The position numbers were made by a program, and so were the translations under genes. Source: Macrostomum hystrix (lineage: Eukaryota > Animalia > Platyhelminthes). Taken from it: a stretch of 64,000 nucleotides of DNA. Of this stretch, positions 56,238 to 64,000 are shown piece after piece (position 1 is the first letter of the stretch; the number at the start of each line of letters is the position of its first letter). The notes under the pieces are model-generated. The model saw only the letters and a program-made list of their open reading frames with translations, had not been told where the DNA came from and did no database searches. The DNA is taken from assembly GCA_950097015.1 (NCBI GenBank), contig CATNEN010000032.1, positions 434,001 through 498,000 of the forward strand, in the 5' to 3' direction.

Positions 56238-56818
56238 GGAGTGAGGAGGATGACGGAGTGAGGTGGGTGCTGGAGTGAGGTGGGTGCTGGAGTGAGGTGG
56301 GTGCTGGAGTGAGGTCGATGCTGCAGTGGGGTGATGCTGGAGTGTAGAGGATGCTGGATTGAGGTGGGTGCTGGAGTGAGGTGGGTGCTGGAGTGAGGTG
56401 GATGCTGCAGTGAGGTGATGCTGGAGTGAGGTGGATGCTGGAGTGAGGTGGGTGCTGGAGTGAAGTGGATGCTGCAGTGAGGTGATGCTGGAGTGAGGAG
56501 GATGCTGGAGTGAGGAGGATGCTGGAGTGAGGTGGATGCTGGAGTGAGGTGGGTGCTGGAGTGAAGTGGATGCTGCAGTGAGGTGATGCTGGAGTGAGGA
56601 GGATGCTGGAGTGAGGTGGATGCTGCAGTGAGGTGATGCTGGAGTGAGGAGGATGCTGGAGTGAGGAGGATGCTGGAGTGAGGTGGGTGCTGGAGTGAGG
56701 TGGATGCTGGAGTGAGGTGATGCTGGAGTGAGGTGGGTGCTGGAGTGAGGTGGGTGCTGGAGTGAGGTGGGTTCTGGAGTGAGGTGGATGCTGGAGTGAG
56801 GTGGATGCTGGAGTGAAG
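56238..56818. repeat. 15/17-bp minisatellite (GCTGGAGTGAGGTGGGT)n
   Basis: Direct reading, just 3' of the LRR gene stop codon. Confidence 0.9.
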
Positions 56819-57357
56819 CGGGTGTTGAAAAGAGATTGGAGTGAAGGCCAGAATTCATCTGCAGATTACATATTTTATCTTTCAAACCTAATTTTTCAAA
56901 TGTGAAATTATAAGTAAAAGTGATTCGAAATCGAGAATCCTATCTTTGGTTGGCCGAATTATGGAATTTAATCCCTTTATTATATGCGAGTACTTTTAAA
57001 TACTTTGCTACTGCATGGCTTAGATGAATGTACAATAGCAATCCATACGATATAGGTACAATATACAGCTAATATATATATAATATAAATTTTACAATAG
57101 AATGTAGAATTGCTAAGCTTATGAATAGTTTATGCGCAATAAATAAGTAGATAATAAAAGTACAGTACTTTCTTTTTTATACTTCTTTTGCTACTGTTAT
57201 TCTTGCCTTACTAAAGAAAGTTTGACAAAAAATGAAATTAAAATTAAAACTTTTATTTTGTAAATAAATTCGCCGGCGTCTTTTGATGCATAATCATTTA
57301 ACAAAACAGTGTACCTCAATATCTTAGAAAATAACACCTCTGAGTTGTTGATGACCT

Positions 57358-58290
57358 CGGTGGTAGATAATCTGGTAGAGTGGTAGATAATCTGGTAGGG
57401 TGGTAGATAATCTGGTAGGGTGGTAGATAATCTGGTAGGGTGGTAGATAATCTGGTAGGGTGGTAGATAATCTGGTAGGGTGGTAGATAATCTGGTAGGG
57501 TGGTAGATAATCTGGTAGGGTGGTAGATAATCTGGTAGGGTGGTAGATAATCTGGTAGGGTGGTAGATAATCTGGTAGGGTGGTAGATAATATTTTAGGG
57601 TGGTAGATAATCTGGTAGAGTGGTAGATAATCTGGTAGGGTGGTAGATAATCTGGTTGGGTGGTAGATAATCTGGTAGGGTGGTAGATAATATTTTAGGG
57701 TGGTAGATAATCTGCTAGGGTGGTAGATAATCTGGTAGGGTGGTAGATAATCTGGTAGGGTGGTAGATAATCTGGTAGGGTGGTAGATAATCTGGTTGGG
57801 TGGTAGATAATCTGGTAGGGTGGTAGATAATATTTTAGGGTGGTAGATAATCTGGTAGGGTGGTAGATAATCTGGTAGGGTGGAAGATAATCTGGTAGGG
57901 TGGTAGATAATCTGGTAGGGTGGTAGATAATCTGGTAGAGTGGTAGATAATCTGGTAGGGTGGTAGATAATATGGTTGGGTGGTTGATAATCTGGTAGGG
58001 TGGTAGATAATATGGTAGGGTGGTAGATAATCTGGTAGGGTGGTAGATGATTTGGTAGGGTGGTAGATAATTTTGTAGTTCGGTAGATAATCTGGTAGGG
58101 TGGTAGATAATCTGGTAGGGTGGTAGATAATCTGGTAGAGTGGTAGATGATTTGGTTGGGTGGTAGATAGTCTGGTTGGGTGGTAGATAGTCTGGTAGGG
58201 TGGTAGATAGTCTGGTAGGGTGGTAGATAATCTGGTAGAGTGGTAGATAATCTGGTAGAGTGGTAGATGATCTGGTAGGGTGGTAGATGA
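57358..58290. repeat. 20-bp minisatellite (GGGTGGTAGATAATCTGGTA)n, about 46 units
   Basis: Source of the TTLPDYLPPYQIIYHP ORFs. Confidence 0.95.
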
Positions 58291-59209
58291 CCTGTAGAAT
58301 CCTGTTTGCTGACGGGACCCTCATAAAATGAAATCATCAAGTAGTGAAAGGTCCAGTAACAATTTGTGATTATGTGTAACATTCTGGCAAAGGCAAGCTC
58401 TATTGTTGCCATGCATTTATGATCCGAAGAAAACAAACACCGAAACATAACAATTCAATGGTTGTAATGAGCGCAACAAATGGAATATGCATTAAGTATA
58501 AGCATTAATTAACTGTGCAGCAACACAAACATGAAAAGAGGTGCCGTAAAAAAGAGGCAGAGAAAAAGTGCAAAAGAAACGCGAGTTCAAAGCAGTCGCT
58601 TTTTTGCGAATGTAAAAAACAGGAACTATAGTTATCAGCTGATGAATGGCAAAATTCGATCTACTGAGTATGTAAATCTATATTTTTAGCACAGCCACTA
58701 GAATCTAAAGCATAAAAATAAAATCACTATAAAGTACACGTGAGCTATGGAACTGGCTAACACTTTATATGTATCGCATAGCATCACAGTTGAAAATAAG
58801 AAGAATAATAAGCAATACGGAACAACTTGTCAATTTCTATAAAGCTAATCATAATGAAAAGTAGTCATGTCTGCTTTTGCCTACTGACGAGTACTATAAT
58901 GACGATAGAAGTAACTGTATATAAAAACGAACTAGTAAAACATGGAACACGAGAAAACATTGAGCAGTCAAGTTTCTACACTGTGAAACAGAAGTTGAAC
59001 CGAAAACTCGCAGCGACAAAAAATAGGAATAAAGTAAATAATAACTTTCGCTTCGAATGAGAAACGCACAGTGAGTCCATTCCAAACCATAGCACTTGAT
59101 ACTCGAGAACTTTCGGAGACTCCTACTTTCAGTAGAGGCTCACGTAAATAAATTATCTGTGCATTATCGTTAAATTAAGCGATCAATTGTACAATTGTAC
59201 AACTACTTA

Positions 59210-62200
59210 TCAAGTTCTAAGCTGATAGTCGCCATTCTGAGTGATGTAGCGAACCCAGGGCAGAGCTTGATAGCCGCTCTTTTCGAATACCTTCAGGTAA
59301 CGCACCTGGAATGTTGTTGCCATGCGGCCCATTTCAGTATTCTCGACTCTGAACGGTCATTTCTGAAGGCATTAGACATGAGAACTGTCATTTCTGAAGG
59401 CATCAAACATGAGAACTGTCATTTCTGAAGGCATCAAACATGAGAACTGTCATTTCTGAAGGCATCAAACATGAGAACTGTCATTTCTGAAGGCATCAGA
59501 CATGAGAACTGTCATTTCTTATGGCATCAAACATGAGAACTGTCATTTCTGAAGGCATCAAACATGAGAACTGTCATTTCTGAAGGCATCAAACATGAGA
59601 ACTGTCATTTCTTATGGCATCAAACATGAGAACTGTCATTTCTGAAGGCATCAGACATGAGAACTGTCATTTCTGAAGGCATCAGACATGAGAACTGTCA
59701 TTTCTTATGGCATCAAACATGAGAACTGTCATTTCTGAAGGCATTAGACATGAGAACTGTCATTTCTGAAGGCATCAAACATGAGAACTGTCATTTCTGA
59801 AGGCATCAAACATGAGAACTGTCATTTCTGAAGGCATCAGACATGAGAACTGTCATTTCTGAAGGCATCAGACATGAGAACTGTCATTTCTTATGGCATC
59901 AAACATGAGAACTGTCATTTCTGAAGGCATTAGACATGAGAACTGTCATTTCTGAAGGCATCAAACATGAGAACTGTCATTTCTGAAGGCATCAGACATG
60001 AGAACTGTCATTTCTTATGGCATCAAACATGAGAACTGTCATTTCTGAAGGCATCAAACATGAGAACTGTCATTTCTGAAGGCATCAAACATGAGAACTG
60101 TCATTTCTGAAGGCATTAGACATGAGAACTGTCATTTCTGAAGGCATCAAACATGAGAACTGTCATTTCTGAAGGCATCAAACATGAGAACTGTCATTTC
60201 TGAAGGCATCAAACATGAGAACTGTCATTTCTGAAGGCATCAGACATGAGAACTGTCATTTCTGAAGGCATCAGACATGAGAACTGTCACTTCTTATGGC
60301 ATCAAACATGAGAACTGTCATTTCTGAAGGCATTAGACATGAGAACTGTCATTTCTGAAGGCATCAAACATGAGAACTGTCATTTCTGAAGGCATCAAAC
60401 ATGAGAACTGTCATTTCTGAAGGCATCAGACATGAGAACTGTCATTTCTGAAGGCATCAGACATGAGAACTGTCATTTCTGAAGGCATCAAACATGAGAA
60501 CTGTCATTTCTGAAGGCATCAAACATGAGAACTGTCATTTCTGAAGGCATCAAACATGAGAACTGTCATTTCTGAAGGCATCAGACATGAGAACTGTCAT
60601 TTCTTATGGCATCAAACATGAGAACTGTCATTTCTGAAGGCATCAAACATGAGAACTGTCATTTCTGAAGGCATCAAACATGAGAACTGTCATTTCTGAA
60701 GGCATCAGACATGAGAACTGTCATTTCTTATGGCATCAAACATGAGAACTGTCATTTCTGAAGGCATCAAACATGAGAACTGTCATTTCTGAAGGCATCA
60801 AACATGAGAACTGTCATTTCTGAAGGCATCAGACATGAGAACTGTCATTTCTTATGGCATCAAACATGAGAACTGTCATTTCTGAAGGCATCAAACATGA
60901 GAACTGTCATTTCTGAAGGCATCAAACATGAGAACTGTCATTTCTGAAGGCATCAAACATGAGAACTGTCATTTCTGAAGGCATCAGACATGAGAACTGT
61001 CATTTCTGAAGGCATCAGACATGAGAACTGTCATTTCTGAAGGCATCAAACATGAGAACTGTCATTTCTGAAGGCATTAGACATGAGAACTGTCATTTCT
61101 TATGGCATCAAACATGAGAACTGTCATTTCTGAAGGCATCAAACATGAGAACTGTCATTTCTGAAGGCATCAGACATGAGAACTGTCATTTCTTATGGCA
61201 TCAGACATGAGAACTGTCATTTCTGAAGGCATCAGACATGAGAACTGTCATTTCTTATGGCATCAAACATGAGAACTGTCATTTCTGAAGGCATCAAACA
61301 TGAGAACTGTCATTTCTGAAGGCATCAGACATGAGAACTGTCATTTCTGAAGGCATCAGACATGAGAACTGTCATTTCTTATGGCATCAAACATGAGAAC
61401 TGTCATTTCTGAAGGCATTAGACATGAGAACTGTCATTTCTGAAGGCATCAAACATGAGAACTGTCATTTCTGAAGGCATTAGACATGAGAACTGTCATT
61501 TCTGAAGGCATCAAACATGAGAACTGTCATTTCTGAAGGCATCAAACATGAGAACTGTCATTTCTGAAGGCATCAGACATGAGAACTGTCATTTCTTATG
61601 GCATCAAACATGAGAACTGTCATTTCTGAAGGCATCAAACATGAGAACTGTCATTTCTGAAGGCATCAAACATGAGAACTGTCATTTCTGAAGGCATCAA
61701 ACATGAGAACTGTCATTTCTGAAGGCATCAAACATGAGAACTGTCATTTCTGAAGGCATCAAACATGAGAACTGTCATTTCTGTCAGAACTGTCAGAACT
61801 CACCTGAATTCCGGACACCGTGAAGTAGGGAATCTCGAATTTCACCGAGATCGGCGGCCTGGCCTCCAGCTCGTCCGTCTGCACGCTGGGCAGGCTAAAG
61901 TGGGCCCGCATAATGTGCTCCTTGCCGCCTGAGAAGGACTTAATGCTCCACACCACCGAGTTGGTCTCCGGCTCGTATCTGCAGCTACCGGCTGTGGTCT
62001 GCGAACGGATTTAGAGTAAACTGTGGGATATTCCTGTCTGAATGGGATTGGGGGAGAATGAGATTGAGGGAGAATGGGATTGAGAGAGAATGGGATTGAG
62101 GAAGAATGAGATTGAGGGAGAATAGGATTGTGGGAGAATGGGATTGATGGAGAATGGGATTGAGGGAGAATGGGATTGTGGGAGAATGGGATTGTGGGAG

Positions 62201-62665
62201 AATGGGATTGAGGGAGAATGGGATTGAGGGAGAATGGGATTGTGGGAGAATGGGATTGTGGGAGAATGGGATTGAGGGAGAATGGGATTGAGGGAGAATG
62301 GGATTGAGGGAGAATGGGATTGAGGAAGAATGGGATTGTGGGAGAATGGGATTTAGGGAGAATGGGATTGAGGAAGAATCGGATTGAGGGAGAATGTGTT
62401 CTGGAGAAAGCTGGATTCTGGAATATTAATTGGCTGAGGAATGTTTTGATTGAGGTGTTTCTTAAAAAGGAGAAACTTTGACCCGTGTTGGCCAATCATA
62501 TTCGAAGGCATTGCCCACGGAGAAAATTTTCTTTAAGTGAACAATAAATAGTTAAAGCAAAATTGAAAGTTTTACCTTGAATTTAGGCGTATCAACATCC
62601 AGAGGCACCGGAATGACAATCTCCACATTGTTGGCCGTGCTGCGCTGCTTAAACTGGCTCTTTGC
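59210..62665 (-). CDS. AP1M1: AP-1 complex mu subunit, last three exons (gene continues beyond the window)
   Basis: Minus-strand exons 62665..62576 (AKSQFKQRSTANNVEIVIPVPLDVDTPKFK), 61998..61804 (...WSIKSFSGGKEHIMRAHF...KFEIPYFTVSGIQ) and 59305..59210 (VRYLKVFEKSGYQALPWVRYITQNGDYQLRT*); all phase 0. Confidence 0.95.
59355..61782. repeat. 31-bp satellite (ATGAGAACTGTCATTTCTGAAGGCATCAAAC)n, about 78 units, in the last AP1M intron
   Basis: Period 31; four recurring sequence variants. Confidence 0.96.
62040..62395. repeat. 16-bp minisatellite (GGGAGAATGGGATTG[A/T])n in an AP1M intron
   Basis: Direct reading. Confidence 0.9.
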
Positions 62666-62699
62666 CTGTCACACAAATTCATCAAGGCAATGCCGTTTT

Positions 62700-64000
62700 G
62701 GGCATTTTGGAGCCTGAGCAACCCAATCCTGAGTATATTGGAGCCTGAGCAACCCAATCCTGAGCATTTTGGAGCCTGAGCAACCCAATCCTGAGTATTT
62801 TGGAGCCTGAGCAACCCAATCCTGAGTATTTTGGAGCCTGAGCAACCCAATCCTGAGCATTTTGGAGCCTGAGCAACCCAATCCTGAGTATTTTGGAGCC
62901 TGAGCAACCCAATCCTGAGTATTTTGGAGCCTGAGCAACCCAATCCTGAGTATTTTGGAGCCTGAGCAACCCAATCCTGAGTATTTTGGAGCCTGAGCAA
63001 CCCAATCCTGAGTATTTTGGAGCCTGAGCAACCCAATCCTGAGTATTTTGGAGCCTGAGCAACCCAATCCTGAGTATTTTGGAGCCTGAGCAACCCAATC
63101 CTGAGTATTTTGGAGCCTGAGCAACCCAATCCTGAGTATTTTGGAGCCTGAGCAACCCAATCCTGAGTATTTTGGAGCCTGAGCAACCCAATCCTGAGTA
63201 TTTTGGAGCCTGAGCAACCCAATCCTGAGTATTTTGGAGCCTGAGCAACCCAATCCTGAGTATTTTGGAGCCTGAGCAACCCAATCCTGAGTATTTTGGA
63301 GCCTGAGCAACCCAATCCTGAGTATTTTGGAGCCTGAGCAACCCAATCCTGAGCATTTTGGAGCCTGAGCAACCCAATCCTGAGTATTTTGGAGCCTGAG
63401 CAACCCAATCCTGAGCATTTTGGAGCCTGAGCAACCCAATCCTGAGTATTTTGGAGCCTGAGCAACCCAATCCTGAGTATTTTGGAGCCTGAGCAACCCA
63501 ATCCTGAGTATTTTGGAGCCTGAGCAACCCAATCCTGAGTATTTTGGAGCCTGAGCAACCCAATCCTGAGTATTTTGGAGCCTGAGCAACCCAATCCTGA
63601 GTATTTTGGAGCCTGAGCAACCCAATCCTGAGTATTTTGGAGCCTGAGCAACCCAATCCTGAGTATTTTGGAGCCTGAGCAACCCAATCCTGAGTATTTT
63701 GGAGCCTGAGCAACCCAATCCTGAGTATTTTGGAGCCTGAGCAACCCAATCCTGAGTATTTTGGAGCCTGAGCAACCCAATCCTGAGTATTTTGGAGCCT
63801 GAGCAACCCAATCCTGAGTATTTTGGAGCCTGAGCAACCCAATCCTGAGTATTTTGGAGCCTGAGCAACCCAATCCTGAGTATTTTGGAGCCTGAGCAAC
63901 CCAATCCTGAGTATTTTGGAGCCTGAGCAACCCAATCCTGAGTATTTTGGAGCCTGAGCAACCCAATCCTGAGTATTTTGGAGCCTGAGCAACCCAATCC
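62700..64000. repeat. 31-bp satellite (TTTTGGAGCCTGAGCAACCCAATCCTGAGTA)n in an AP1M intron, runs off the window end
   Basis: About 42 near-identical units; explains the three 436-464-aa minus-strand ORFs. Confidence 0.96.

Noticed and set aside
57324-58448. 374-aa and 209-aa TTLPDYLPPY ORFs
   Set aside because: They translate a 20-bp array whose period is not divisible by 3.
59355-64000. 31-bp arrays as CRISPR loci, and the 436-464-aa ORFs at the window end
   Set aside because: The units are head-to-tail with no unique spacers, there are no cas genes, and the context is a eukaryotic intron; the ORFs are repeat artefacts antisense to nothing and inside AP1M introns.

Overview
This is animal genomic DNA with spliceosomal introns. 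The GC-rich short exons and dense tandem repeats suggest a Macrostomum-like flatworm, but that is an inference. By hand I assembled 9 intron-containing host genes with phase-consistent GT-AG junctions: an orphan 2-TM protein, the homeobox gene Bsx, CFAP36, a PAN plus C-type lectin gene with an in-frame stop, a 2xLIM protein with a long basic repeat tail, a CCDC42/CFAP73-family gene, a PLAC8-family gene, an RI-like LRR protein, and the last three exons of AP-1 mu adaptin. There are two Ty3/Gypsy elements. Element A (31021-35076, minus) is decayed and has only one LTR; its other end is a 14-bp inverted copy of the LTR start, and AAAA flanks both ends. Element B (41687-50497, plus) is intact, with LTRs that look identical and an ATAC TSD. 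It also carries a non-env third ORF behind its own TATA/CCAAT promoter, two exact internal copies of its PPT, and decayed PBS copies in a long U5, so it is built like a complex retrovirus. Other notable items are a 41-bp perfect palindrome with an 8-bp TSD and two tandem arrays made of splice-site sequence. Most long ORFs in the supplied track are artefacts of tandem repeats. Family assignments come from remembered motifs, with no database searches, and repeat boundaries are approximate.
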